Shown one piece after another: positions 50,747 to 61,256 of a stretch of 64,000 nucleotides of DNA; the first letter of the stretch is position 1; each line of letters opens with the position of its first letter. The DNA is from Enhydrobacter sp. GTDB taxonomy: Bacteria; Pseudomonadota; Alphaproteobacteria; Reyranellales; Reyranellaceae. The translations under genes were made by a program, and so were the position numbers. The DNA is taken from NCBI GenBank assembly GCA_025808875.1, contig CP075528.1, positions 1,546,473-1,610,472 on the forward strand, written 5' to 3'. The notes beneath the pieces were generated by a model that ran no database searches, was not told the origin of the DNA, and was given only the letters and a program-made list of their open reading frames with translations.

Positions 50747-51052
50747 TCAGCGGCGCCATTCGTCCTCGCCGGGCAGACCCTCGCGAACGTCGGCGTGGGC
50801 CACTCCATCCTGCGGCAGCAGACGCTTGCCGCTGAAGCGCAGTGACAAGACGCGGCCGTCGTCCGTGCGCAACGTGAGTCCATTGCTTCCGAACACGTCG
50901 GCCAGCTGCGCGGAGTCCATGTGTACCTCGCCCGAGGCCACGACTTCTCCGCGTCTCACGAGATAGCCGTCGAACTCGAAGTCGGCTCGACCCACCGGCC
51001 GACCGTCCTGCTCGAGCATCCCGCTGCCGCGCAGCGCACCGAGATAGCGCAT
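50747..51052 (-). CDS. Hypothetical protein, 101 aa
   Basis: Protein-like composition. No motif recognised. Confidence 0.4.
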   Translation of the reverse strand: MRYLGALRGSGMLEQDGRPVGRADFEFDGYLVRRGEVVASGEVHMDSAQLADVFGSNGLTLRTDDGRVLSLRFSGKRLLPQDGVAHADVREGLPGEDEWRR

Positions 51053-51083
51053 CAGCGGCTCGCGGACCCGTCGTCGTGACGAA

Positions 51084-51404
51084 TCACTGGCATGGATGGC
51101 CCGTCACCGGTTCGCGCAAGGTCCAGCACAGCGCGGCGCCTTCGCGGGCGATGCCGGGATTGCAGAAATAGGTTTCCTTGCCCTTCTGCAACCACAGTCC
51201 GCCCGGCCAGCCGGCCTTGATGTCGAAGCCGCTGCCGATGAGCGATGCCGCGGTGACCCCCTTGGCATCGTTGAACTGAAAGACACACTTGTTCTCCGCT
51301 TGCTGGCCGAACGCAGAGCCGGTGAGCGCCGATGCGAGGCCAAAGGCGAGGGCCGCGCAAGCGGCGGAAGCGCGGCAAGGGAAAGTCATGAATGCAGTCC
51401 TCAT
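51084..51404 (-). CDS. Hypothetical secreted 4-Cys protein, 106 aa (101 aa if it starts at 51389)
   Basis: Signal peptide ...ACAALAFGLASALTGSAFG. The second ATG at 51389 has the better GAGGA spacing. Confidence 0.55.
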   Translation of the reverse strand: MRTAFMTFPCRASAACAALAFGLASALTGSAFGQQAENKCVFQFNDAKGVTAASLIGSGFDIKAGWPGGLWLQKGKETYFCNPGIAREGAALCWTLREPVTGHPCQ

Positions 51405-51755
51405 CGCCTGCCTGACGGGCGGCGGATCGTGTCGACGACGGTCGACAGCAGGAAAGGGTCACGAAGCGGGAAAGTCTTCGCCGTGCTCCTCGTTTGTCGG
51501 CTGGGAGCACGCGGCGGGAAAGCTCTATACCCTCGGGCGGGTCGCGTCCATCGCCGCACACGCCGACAATGCGGGCTTGCAATGGTGTGCCGAAGGGACC
51601 ATATGGACGTCGTCGATACACGGACTTGACGACTTGGCCGCGCCCCCGAGAGTTGGCGCGCCGCCCACGACTTTAGCTCCCGAAAACAAATGCGAATTCG
51701 ACAGCCTGCCTCGTCTTGGCGGGCCAGCAAGTCTATGTTGTGAAAGGTTATTCCC

Positions 51756-51968
51756 ATGGCGACGGGAACAGTGAAGTGGTTCAACTCCACCAAGGGCTTC
51801 GGCTTCATCACGCCGGATAGCGGCGGCAAGGATGCCTTCGTCCACATCAGCGCCGTCGAGCGCGCCGGCCTCAATCATCTGATCGAGGGCCAGAAGATCC
51901 AGTTCGACCTCATGTCCGACAGCCGCAGCGGCAAGATGTCGGCCGAGAACCTGAAGCAGGTCGACTGA
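51756..51968 (+). CDS. cspA: Cold-shock protein (CspA family), 70 aa
   Basis: [21 protein letters not shown]...DAFVHISA carries the RNP1 and RNP2 motifs. Confidence 0.95.
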   Translation: MATGTVKWFNSTKGFGFITPDSGGKDAFVHISAVERAGLNHLIEGQKIQFDLMSDSRSGKMSAENLKQVD

Positions 51969-52052
51969 TTGCATCCGCCGCCGGCTCACGCCGGCGTGCT
52001 CTCCTCGCGGCACCGAGCCACGGATGTACTGGTGGGTGCGGAAGAGGACGAG

Positions 52053-52090
52053 AGGCCCCCTGGCGAAAGCCGGCGGGGCCTTTGCTTTGT
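52053..52090 (+). terminator. Rho-independent terminator between convergent cspA and rfbB
   Basis: AGGCCCC-CUGGC-GAAA-GCCGG-C-GGGGCCU hairpin with a GAAA loop, followed by TTTGCTTTGT. Confidence 0.65.
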
Positions 52091-52099
52091 GTCCGGCTC

Positions 52100-53155
52100 T
52101 CAGCCCGGCAGGCCCAACCGTTCGCCGCGATAGGCGCCGCTCATGACGCGCTCCCACCAGGCGCGGTTGTCGAGGAACCAGCGCACGGTCTCGCGCAGGC
52201 CCTGCTCGAAGGAATGCCGGGGGCGCCAGCCGAGCTCGGTCCGGATCTTGGCGGCATCGATGGCGTAGTGCGCGTCGTGACCCGGACGATCGGTGACGAA
52301 CTCGATCAGCTTGTCGTGCGGGCAGTGCGGGCTTGCCGGCAGCATCTCGTCGAGCAGGGCGCAGATCGCGCGCACCACGTCGATGTTGCGGCGCTCGCTG
52401 TCACCACCCACGTTGTAGGTCTCGCCCGGCCGGCCCCGACGCAGCACCAGGGTCAGTGCCTCGGCGTGATCCTCGACGTGGAGCCAGTCGCGCACATTGT
52501 CCCCCTTGCCGTAGACCGGCAGGCGCTCGCCGCGCAGCGCGCGGATGATCACCAGCGGGATCAGCTTCTCTGGGAAGTGATAGGGGCCGTAGTTGTTGGA
52601 GCAGTTGGTCGCGAGCGTCGGCAGGCCGTAGGTGTGGTGCCAGGCTCGCACCAGGTGGTCGGAGCCGGCCTTGCTCGCGGAGTAGGGCGAGCTGGGCGCG
52701 TAGGGCGTGGTCTCGGCGAACTTGCCGACCGGGCCGAGCGAACCGAATACCTCGTCCGTGGAAATGTGCTGGAAGCGGAAGCGGGTCCTTGCCTCCGCAT
52801 CGAGCGTGCGCCAATGGGCGAGCGCGGCTTCCAGCAAGGTCCACGTGCCGACCAGGTTGGTCTGGATGAAGGGCGCCGCGCCGTCGATCGAGCGGTCGAC
52901 ATGACTCTCGGCGGCGAGATGCAGCACGGCGTCCGGCCGTACTTCGCGGAAGATGGCGTCGAGCGCCGACCGGTCGCAGATGTCGACCCGGTAATGCCGA
53001 TGGCGGTTGGACTCGCGCGCCTCGGCGAGCGATTCGAGGTTGCCGGCATAGGTCAGCTTGTCGATGTTGGTCACGAACCAGTCGGTCGTGCGGACGAGGT
53101 GCCGCACCACCGCCGAGCCGATGAAGCCGCAACCGCCGGTGACGAGGAGTTTCAT
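52100..53155 (-). CDS. rfbB: dTDP-glucose 4,6-dehydratase, 351 aa
   Basis: [40 protein letters not shown] and [17 protein letters not shown]. Confidence 0.95.
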   Translation of the reverse strand: MKLLVTGGCGFIGSAVVRHLVRTTDWFVTNIDKLTYAGNLESLAEARESNRHRHYRVDICDRSALDAIFREVRPDAVLHLAAESHVDRSIDGAAPFIQTNLVGTWTLLEAALAHWRTLDAEARTRFRFQHISTDEVFGSLGPVGKFAETTPYAPSSPYSASKAGSDHLVRAWHHTYGLPTLATNCSNNYGPYHFPEKLIPLVIIRALRGERLPVYGKGDNVRDWLHVEDHAEALTLVLRRGRPGETYNVGGDSERRNIDVVRAICALLDEMLPASPHCPHDKLIEFVTDRPGHDAHYAIDAAKIRTELGWRPRHSFEQGLRETVRWFLDNRAWWERVMSGAYRGERLGLPG

Positions 53156-53207
53156 GCCCTACTCATACCTCGCCTCCGCCCGGGTCGCGAAGGGGAGGAG
53201 GGCGACA

Positions 53208-53968
<761 letters not shown>

Positions 53969-53969
<1 letters not shown>

Positions 53970-55249
53970 CAGCGTCGCGTTCCCTTGTTGAGATCGATCT
54001 CGAGCCACTTGGAGTAACGCGACATCGAATAGCAGAAGATGAAGTAGACGAACGCGGCGAACAGGTAGATCTCGCCCGGGAAGCCCGCCCAGTTGGGATC
54101 GACCAGCGCCTGGTTGGCGGTGTTGAGGAAGTCGAAGATGCCGATGATCAGCACCAGCGAGGTATCCTTGAAAAAGCCGATGAAGGTGTTGATGAGCGGC
54201 GGGATCACCACGCGCAGCGCCTGCGGCAGGACGATCAGCAGCGTCTTCTGCGGGTAGTTGAGGCCCATCGCGTCGGCCGCCTCGAACTGCCCCTTCGGCA
54301 GCGATTGCAGCCCGCCGCGCACCGTCTCGGCGATGTAGGCGCCGGCGAACAGGATCACTGCGACCTGCGCGCGCAGGAACTTGTCGATGGTCGTGCCGGC
54401 CGGCAGGAACAGCGGCAGCATCACCGAGGCCATGATCAGCAGGCTGATCAACGGCACGCCGCGGATCAGTTCGATGAAACCGACGCACAGGCCCTTGATC
54501 AGCGGCAGGTTCGAGCGTCGGCCGAGCGCCAGCAGGATGCCATAGGGGAAGGCGAAGGCGAGCCCGTAGGTCGCCAGGATCATGGTCACCGGCAGACCGC
54601 CCCACAGGCCGGTCTCGACATAGTCGAACGCGGCGATCTTGAGACTCCAGGCCGGCAGCACGCCGAAGATGCGCAGCAGCAGGCCGACGGCGCCGCCGGC
54701 GGCGAGAGCGCGCCAGGTGGCCGTCTCCGGCGGCTGGGCGAGGCCCGCTCGCAGCGTCATGCCGACGCCGCCCGCCACCGCCGCGACGACGAAGAACAGC
54801 GTGAGCGGCAGCGAGATCACGCCGAACATCAGAAGGAAGGTGACGAAGCTGCCGATCGTCCAGATCCACACCAGGCGCCAGTTCCACATGCGCCGGTCGC
54901 AGGTCAGGATCAGCATGGCGAGCATGGCGAGCATGGCGAGCAACGGCCGCCAGTGCTGCTCGTAGGGGAACGAGCCGAAGAAGATGTAGCGGTACTTCTC
55001 GCCAATGATCGCCCAGCACGCACCGTGACCGCGGCACTCGGCGCCGGCGTTGCCGACCCACTTGGCGTCGAGGATCGCCCATCCGACGAACCAGGACAGG
55101 ATCCAGGCCATGGCGGCAACCAGCACGATCGTCGTGATGCCGTTGCCCCAGCTCGAGAACAGGTTCCGACGGGCCCAGCCGACGACGCCCCTATCCACGG
55201 TCGGGGGAGCGAGCTGCCGGCGTTCGCCGACGGGCATGGCGTCGGTCAT
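53969..55249 (-). CDS. aapM: General L-amino-acid ABC transporter permease, 426 aa
   Basis: Long N-terminal multi-TM extension plus a polar-amino-acid permease core ([21 protein letters not shown]). Confidence 0.88.
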
Positions 55250-55252
55250 GGC

Positions 55253-56443
55253 TCAGCGCTCCTTGAGGGCGATCTGCTTGTTGTACCAGTTCATGAACGC
55301 CGAGATGCTGAGACTGACGCTCAGATAGGCGGCCATGATGATCAACACGTTCTCGATTGCCTGGCCGGTCTGGTTGATGGTGACGTTGATCGACGCCACC
55401 AGGTCGGGATAGCCGATGGCGATCGCCAGAGACGAGTTCTTGGTGATGTTGAGATACTGGCTGGTCATCGGCGGCACGATCACGCGCAGCGCCTGCGGCA
55501 ACAGCACCAGCCGCATCGCCTGGGTACGCGACAGGCCGATGGCCGCCGCCGCCTCGCTCTGCCCCTTGTGCAGCGCGAGGATGCCCGAGCGAACGATCTC
55601 GGCGACGAATGCCGAGGTGTAGAGCACCAGGCCGACCAGCAGCGCGGTGAACTCCGGCTGGATCACCGTGCCGCCTTCGAAGTTGAAGCCCTTGAGCGCG
55701 GGCCAGCTCATCTGCGAGGGCGCGCCGCCCGCCAGCCAGACGACGATCGGCACGCCGACGATGGTAGCCGCGCCGACCCAGATCGACGGGAAGGGCTGGC
55801 CGGTCGCGGCCTGCCGCTTCTTCGCCCAGCGGTGGATGACGACGGCGAGGCCGATGCCGGCGAGCAGGCCGAGGCCCATCCACTTTTGGATCGGGTCGGC
55901 GATCGGTACGGGGAAATAGAGGCCGCGGTTCGACAGGAACAGCGATCCCCAGAGCATCGAGATCGCCTGTCGTGGGCCGGGGAAAGCCTCGCTGATCAGC
56001 TTGTAGAACAGGAACAGCCAGAGCAGCAGCGGCACGTTGCGGAAGGCCTCGACGTACCACTCGCAGATCTTGGCGAGCAGCCAGTTGGGCGACAGCCGGC
56101 CGATGCCGATCAGCGTGCCGAGGAAGGTCGCCATGATGACGCCGAGAACGGCGACGCGCAGCGTGTTGAGGATGCCGACCCAGATGGCGCGGGCATAGGT
56201 CGAGGCCGGCGAGTATTCGATCATCGTGTCGCCGATCTCGAAGCCCGCCTCACGGCCGAGATAGTCGAAGCCCGAAGCGATCTTCTGCCGCTGCAGATTC
56301 TCCATCGTGTTGGTGACGAGGTACCAGGCGAGTGCGCCGACCAGACCGACGACGACGATCTGGAACACCCACCCGCGGACGACCGGGTCGTTCCACGGCG
56401 CGGGCCTGGCGCGCGTTACGCCGCCCAGTGTCTCGACTGCCAT
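55253..56443 (-). CDS. aapQ: General L-amino-acid ABC transporter permease, 396 aa
   Basis: ATG at 56443 gives MAVETLGG. Contains VEAFRNVPLLLWLF and EAAAAIGLSR. Confidence 0.88.
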   Translation of the reverse strand: MAVETLGGVTRARPAPWNDPVVRGWVFQIVVVGLVGALAWYLVTNTMENLQRQKIASGFDYLGREAGFEIGDTMIEYSPASTYARAIWVGILNTLRVAVLGVIMATFLGTLIGIGRLSPNWLLAKICEWYVEAFRNVPLLLWLFLFYKLISEAFPGPRQAISMLWGSLFLSNRGLYFPVPIADPIQKWMGLGLLAGIGLAVVIHRWAKKRQAATGQPFPSIWVGAATIVGVPIVVWLAGGAPSQMSWPALKGFNFEGGTVIQPEFTALLVGLVLYTSAFVAEIVRSGILALHKGQSEAAAAIGLSRTQAMRLVLLPQALRVIVPPMTSQYLNITKNSSLAIAIGYPDLVASINVTINQTGQAIENVLIIMAAYLSVSLSISAFMNWYNKQIALKER

Positions 56444-56495
56444 TACGTCGCTCTCCCTCTTCTTGCTTCTTGTCCGCGGCTCCACAGGGCGCCCC

Positions 56496-56520
56496 GGCCG
56501 GAGGAATGATCCCTCCGGCC
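56496..56520 (-). other. Intercistronic hairpin between aapJ (copy 1) and aapQ
   Basis: 9-bp perfect stem GGCCGGAGG-7nt-CCTCCGGCC with no T-tract. Position is typical of binding-protein/permease attenuating or stabilising stem-loops. Confidence 0.45.
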
Positions 56521-56534
56521 GAGGCATCCCACGG

Positions 56535-57566
56535 TCAGCGGATCGGCGGGGCGTACTGCAGGCCGCCCTGTGTCCACAGCCTGTTCACGCCGCGGTCGAT
56601 GTTGAGGATGCTCTCCTTGCCGACGTTGCGGTCGAAGCTCTCGCCGTAGTTACCGACCTGCTTGACGATGTTGTAGACCCACTTCTCGTCGACCCCGAGC
56701 GCCTTGCCCATGCCCGGCGTGACGCCGAGGATGCGCTTGATGGTCGGGTTGTCGCTCTTCAGCATCTCGTCGACGTTCTTCGAGTTGATGCCGTACTCCT
56801 CCGCCTCGACCATGGCGAACAGTGCCCACTTCACGATGTCGCCGAACTGGTTGTCGCCGTGGCGCACGACCGGGCCGAGCGGCTCCTTGGAGATGATCTC
56901 CGGCAGCACGACGTAGTCCTCTGGCTTCTGCGGCGCCGGCACATTCGCCACGCGCACCGCGGCCAGCGCCGAGGCGTCCGTGGTGTAGACGTCGCAGCGG
57001 CCGGAGAAGAAGGCGGCGCGGATCTCGTCGGCCTTCTCGATCACGACCGGCTTGAACTGCATCTTGTTGGCGCGGAAGTAATCGGCGAGGTTGAGCTCGG
57101 TGGTCGTGCCCGGCGCGACGCAGACGGTGGCGCCATTCAGCTCCTTGGCGCTCTTCACGCCGAGCTTCTTGTTCACCATAAAGCCCTGGCCGTCGTAGTA
57201 GGTGACGCCGGTGAACTCGAGCCCGAGCGCGGTGTCGCGCGTCAGCGTCCAGGTCGTGTTGTTGCTGAGCATGTCGACCTCGCCCGATTGCAGGGCGGTG
57301 AAGCGCTGCTGCGAGGTCAACGGCACGTACTTGACCTTCTCGGCGTCGCCGAAGATGGCGGCCGAGACGGCGCGGCACACGTCGACGTTCAATCCCTTCC
57401 ATTTGCCCTGGCTGTCGGCGAGCATGAATCCCGCCGTGCCGGTGCCGACGCCGCACAACAATGCGCCACGTGCCTTGACGGCGTCGAGATCCTTGCCGGC
57501 CAGCGCCGGCCCCGATGCCATGACGACGGCCAGACCGGCCGCGATTGTCGATGAAGCCTTCAGCAT
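56535..57566 (-). CDS. aapJ: General L-amino-acid ABC transporter periplasmic binding protein, copy 1, 343 aa
   Basis: Signal peptide, then KDLDAVKARGALLCGV..., RFTALQSGEVDML and YYDGQGFMV. Confidence 0.9.
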   Translation of the reverse strand: MLKASSTIAAGLAVVMASGPALAGKDLDAVKARGALLCGVGTGTAGFMLADSQGKWKGLNVDVCRAVSAAIFGDAEKVKYVPLTSQQRFTALQSGEVDMLSNNTTWTLTRDTALGLEFTGVTYYDGQGFMVNKKLGVKSAKELNGATVCVAPGTTTELNLADYFRANKMQFKPVVIEKADEIRAAFFSGRCDVYTTDASALAAVRVANVPAPQKPEDYVVLPEIISKEPLGPVVRHGDNQFGDIVKWALFAMVEAEEYGINSKNVDEMLKSDNPTIKRILGVTPGMGKALGVDEKWVYNIVKQVGNYGESFDRNVGKESILNIDRGVNRLWTQGGLQYAPPIR

Positions 57567-57639
57567 TCCCGCCTCCCTTATATTGCTCCCATGCCAAGTC
57601 TCTCCTGCGGGCGGCTTGCAATCAACAGGCCAAATGCGA

Positions 57640-57665
57640 ACCGCCGCCCCTTTCGGGGCGGCGGT
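57640..57665 (-). terminator. Strong hairpin between the two aapJ copies (terminator or attenuator)
   Basis: 11-bp stem ACCGCCGCCCC-TTTC-GGGGCGGCGGT. On the minus strand it is followed by TCGCATTTGG. Confidence 0.5.
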
Positions 57666-57718
57666 CCTGGCGTTTGGTGCCCGCCTCCGGTCGGGCGGAC
57701 GGCTGGCAGGGGGCCGGC

Positions 57719-58744
57719 TCAGCGGATCGGCGGGGCGTACTGCAGGCCGCCTTGCGTCCACAGGGCGTTCTGGCCGCGGGCGATCTTGAGCGGGCTGCCC
57801 ATGCCGACGTTGCGGTCGAAGCTCTCGCCGTAGTTACCGACCTGCTTGACGATGTTGTAGACCCACTTCTCGTCGACCCCGAGCGCCTTGCCCATGCCCG
57901 GCGTGACGCCGAGGATGCGCTTGATGGTCGGGTTGTCGCTCTTCAGCATCTCGTCGACGTTCTTCGAGTTGATGCCGTATTCCTCGGCCTCGAGCATCGC
58001 GAAATGGGTCCACTTCACGATGTCGCCGAACTGGTTGTCGCCATGGCGCACGACCGGGCCGAGCGGCTCCTTGGAGATGATCTCCGGCAGGATGACGTAG
58101 TCGTCCGGCGTCGGCGCGTTGGCGACGCGGGTGGCGTAGAGCCCTGAGGCGTCGGTCGTGAGGACGTCGCAGCGGCCGGCGAAGAAGGCGGCGCGCACTT
58201 CCTCGACCTTTTCGATCACGACCGGCTTGAACTGCATCTTGTTGGCACGGAAGTAGTCGGCGAGGTTGAGCTCGGTCGTCGTGCCGGGCTGCACGCAGAC
58301 GGTGGCGCCGTTCAGCTCCTTGGCGCTCTTCACGCCGAGCTTCTTGTTCACCATGAAACCCTGGCCGTCGTAGTAGTTGACGCCCGTGAAGTCGAAGCCG
58401 AGCGCGGTGTCGCGCGTCAGCGTCCAGGTCGTGGTGCGGACCAGCAGGTCGACCTCGCCCGATTGCAGGGCGGTGAAGCGCTGCTGCGCGGTGGTCGGGA
58501 CGAACTTGACCTTCTCGGCGTCGCCGAAGATGGCGACGGCGACGGCTTTGCAGTTGTCGACGTCGAGGCCAGCCCACTTGCCCTGGCTGTCGGCCTGGGC
58601 GAAGCCCGCCACACCGGTGGTCACGCCGCAGAGCAGGTGTCCGCGGGCCTTGACCGCGTCGAGATCCTTGCCGGCATGTGCCGTTCCGGCAGCACCGAGC
58701 AACGCGGCCGCGGCGATGCCTGCGGTCATCAGTTTGCTGTACAT
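57719..58744 (-). CDS. aapJ: General L-amino-acid ABC transporter periplasmic binding protein, copy 2, 341 aa
   Basis: Colinear paralog of copy 1 and identical in most positions. ATG at 58744. Confidence 0.9.
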   Translation of the reverse strand: MYSKLMTAGIAAAALLGAAGTAHAGKDLDAVKARGHLLCGVTTGVAGFAQADSQGKWAGLDVDNCKAVAVAIFGDAEKVKFVPTTAQQRFTALQSGEVDLLVRTTTWTLTRDTALGFDFTGVNYYDGQGFMVNKKLGVKSAKELNGATVCVQPGTTTELNLADYFRANKMQFKPVVIEKVEEVRAAFFAGRCDVLTTDASGLYATRVANAPTPDDYVILPEIISKEPLGPVVRHGDNQFGDIVKWTHFAMLEAEEYGINSKNVDEMLKSDNPTIKRILGVTPGMGKALGVDEKWVYNIVKQVGNYGESFDRNVGMGSPLKIARGQNALWTQGGLQYAPPIR

Positions 58745-58873
58745 GAGATCCTTCCCTTGATGGTTTCCCTGTTGCCCCCGCGCACGGACGGTCGTGCCGC
58801 GCGGGCCGAGATGATGCATTGGTAAGCGATCAATCGGGAGCGCGCAACGCCACCCGGAGACATCGACAGAGTC

Positions 58874-60154
58874 TTACAGGCGGTCGAGGTTGCGCGCCGA
58901 GAAGGGGTTGCGGCTCCAGTCGTCGTTCCCCTGCAGGTTGGGGTAGCGGCCGTGCGACCGGGCCTTCCCGGAGACCTCGACGGCGGCGCGCACTTCCAGC
59001 TGCCACTGGCGGAACACGACCTGGGCGCCCGAACTCAGCAGGCTCGGGGCCTGAGACGAAAGATACGGCATCGGGTCGACGAACTGACCGTTGATGATCG
59101 CCGAAAAGTGCAGGTGCGGCCCGGTCGAACGGCCGGTCGAGCCGACGAAGCCGATGATGTCGCCCTTGCGCACCTGACTGCCGACCCGCAGGCCCGGTAC
59201 GAAGCGCGACATGTGCGCGTAGAGGGTCTCGAAATTGTCGGCGTGGCTCAGCTTCACCGTTCGGCCGTAGTTGAAGTACCAATTCTGATGGGTGATTACG
59301 CCATCAGCCGCCGCCACGATCGGTTCGCCGGTCTTACCCTCGAAGTCGATGCCATTGTGGAATCCGCCGCCGGTGCGGCGGCCGTAGTAGCGCCGCACGC
59401 CGAATGGCGAGGAAACACGCGCGCCGGGCCGCGGCTCGCCCATCATCGTACCGCCGAGCCGGCGGCCTTCCTCGTCGAACCAGCCCTCGGGCTGGTCGGG
59501 CGGGGCGAACCACCAATAGGTGCGCTTGGTCGCGCCGTCGCTGACGTTGGCGTAGAGCACGCGGGTGAAGCCGTCGCCAGTGGTCCCTTTCACGAGCTCG
59601 ACCTTGGCGGCGTTGGGTGCGAACCCGGCGAAGGCACGGGTCAGATCCTTGTAGACGGGGAGATCGGCGCCGCCGGGCAGGGCATTGCCGAGATTGGCCG
59701 GACTGCCGGCGCTGACCAGGACGACGGAGCCGGCGACCAGCGTACGGGCGCCCGGACCGACCGGGCCGATGGCGCTGGGCACCGAGGAAACGCGTTCATC
59801 GTCAGGCTCGGGAGCGGTTGTCTTGAGGGCTGCAGCCTGGGATTGGGTACTTTGCGCGGACGCGGTGGCTGCCGCCGCGGCGGCCGCGGCAGCGGCTGCA
59901 ACCGCCGCCTGCTCGGCTTCGCGCTTGTTGTGCTCGGTCAGCCACTTTTCATTGAGTTTGTCGGCTTCGTTGTCGCCGGGGATCGGCTTGGTTGCCTTGC
60001 GGGAGACCTGTTTCTTGGTGGGCGCCTTGGGTTGGGCCCAAGCCTCGATTCCGGTCACGACCTGAAGGGAGGTGAACGCAACGGCGACAACGGCAAAAAT
60101 GCCCGTCCGTCGCCAGCGTCCGGCGCGCCCCGCGCGCGTCGTCTCCAACGCCAT
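58874..60154 (-). CDS. M23-family (LytM-type) metallopeptidase, membrane-anchored, 426 aa
   Basis: HNGIDFEG and GSTGRSTGPHLHF zinc motifs, an N-terminal TM anchor, and a poly-Ala tract AAVAAAAAAAAAAATA. Confidence 0.88.
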   Translation of the reverse strand: MALETTRAGRAGRWRRTGIFAVVAVAFTSLQVVTGIEAWAQPKAPTKKQVSRKATKPIPGDNEADKLNEKWLTEHNKREAEQAAVAAAAAAAAAAATASAQSTQSQAAALKTTAPEPDDERVSSVPSAIGPVGPGARTLVAGSVVLVSAGSPANLGNALPGGADLPVYKDLTRAFAGFAPNAAKVELVKGTTGDGFTRVLYANVSDGATKRTYWWFAPPDQPEGWFDEEGRRLGGTMMGEPRPGARVSSPFGVRRYYGRRTGGGFHNGIDFEGKTGEPIVAAADGVITHQNWYFNYGRTVKLSHADNFETLYAHMSRFVPGLRVGSQVRKGDIIGFVGSTGRSTGPHLHFSAIINGQFVDPMPYLSSQAPSLLSSGAQVVFRQWQLEVRAAVEVSGKARSHGRYPNLQGNDDWSRNPFSARNLDRL

Positions 60155-60371
60155 CAGCCTCTCCCAGTCTTCATTGACCAAACAAACTCGACACGCTCGA
60201 GGCCAACAGCGACTCACCGACTTCCCCCATCGGTGTCCCCCACGGCAGCCCGCTGAGCCGATACTGGCCAGCGAATATCCACAAGTCCACCGAAAAGTTG
60301 CAAAAATGCAACACCCGAGATGAGGCTCTAAGTCGCTGACGCAGGCTCATATTCAGGCTAACCCTGCGGCC

Positions 60372-61250
60372 ATGACCGACCCAATCGAGATCTTGATCCA
60401 AGGCCGCGCCCACGACCTCGGTGGTGGTTTCCCGGTGCGCCGGGTGCTGCCCAGCGTGAAGCGGCGTATGGTCGATCCGTTCATTTTCCTCGATCATTTC
60501 GGGCCGATGAACGTTCCGCCGGGCGGTGGCATGCAGGTGCGGCCGCATCCCCATATCGGCCTCGCCACCGTCAGCTATCTGTTCGAGGGCGGCATTTTCC
60601 ATCGCGACAGCCTGGGCTTCGCCCAGGCGATCCGGCCGGGCGACGTCAACTGGATGACGGCCGGCAGTGGCATCGTCCACAGCGAACGCACCGAACCGGA
60701 GATGCGGCGCACCGGCTTTCGCATGCACGGTGTCCAGACCTGGGTGGCCTTGCCGAAGAGTCACGAGGAGACGGCACCGGCCTTCGAGCACATTCCCGCG
60801 GCACGCTTGCCGTCCTGGCACGAGGGCACGGCGTCGCTGCGCCTCGTCGTCGGCACCTATGGCGGGCGCACCGCGCCGACCACGCATTTCTCGCCGACCT
60901 TCTATGTCGGTGCCGACATGGCGGCGGGCGCGCGCATCGCCGTTTCGCCCGAGCACGCCGAGCGGGCGGTCTACGTCGCCCACGGCGAGGTGGCGATCGG
61001 CGATCGGATGCTGACGGCGAGCGACCTCGCCGTACTGACATCGGGTGCGGCCGTGCCGATGATCGCCGGCGCGAACGGCGCGAAGGCGATGCTGCTGGGC
61101 GGGGCGCCGATCGACGGCCCACGGCACATCTGGTGGAACTTCGTGTCGTCGTCGAAGGAGCGCATCGAAAAGGCCAAGGCCGACTGGCGCGACGGCCGCT
61201 TCGCCCGAGTGCCGGGCGACGACGAGTTCACGCCGCTGCCCGAAAGATAG
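60372..61250 (+). CDS. Pirin-family protein, 292 aa
   Basis: FPVRRVLPS, DPFIFLDHFGP, HPHIGLATVSYLFEG and GIVHSE. Confidence 0.92.
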   Translation: MTDPIEILIQGRAHDLGGGFPVRRVLPSVKRRMVDPFIFLDHFGPMNVPPGGGMQVRPHPHIGLATVSYLFEGGIFHRDSLGFAQAIRPGDVNWMTAGSGIVHSERTEPEMRRTGFRMHGVQTWVALPKSHEETAPAFEHIPAARLPSWHEGTASLRLVVGTYGGRTAPTTHFSPTFYVGADMAAGARIAVSPEHAERAVYVAHGEVAIGDRMLTASDLAVLTSGAAVPMIAGANGAKAMLLGGAPIDGPRHIWWNFVSSSKERIEKAKADWRDGRFARVPGDDEFTPLPER

Positions 61251-61256
61251 CGTCCG

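Noticed and set aside
51405-51755. Structured cspA 5-prime leader or cold-box.
   Set aside because: A long leader is plausible from general knowledge of csp genes. However, I could not identify a promoter or a conserved cold-box sequence with confidence.
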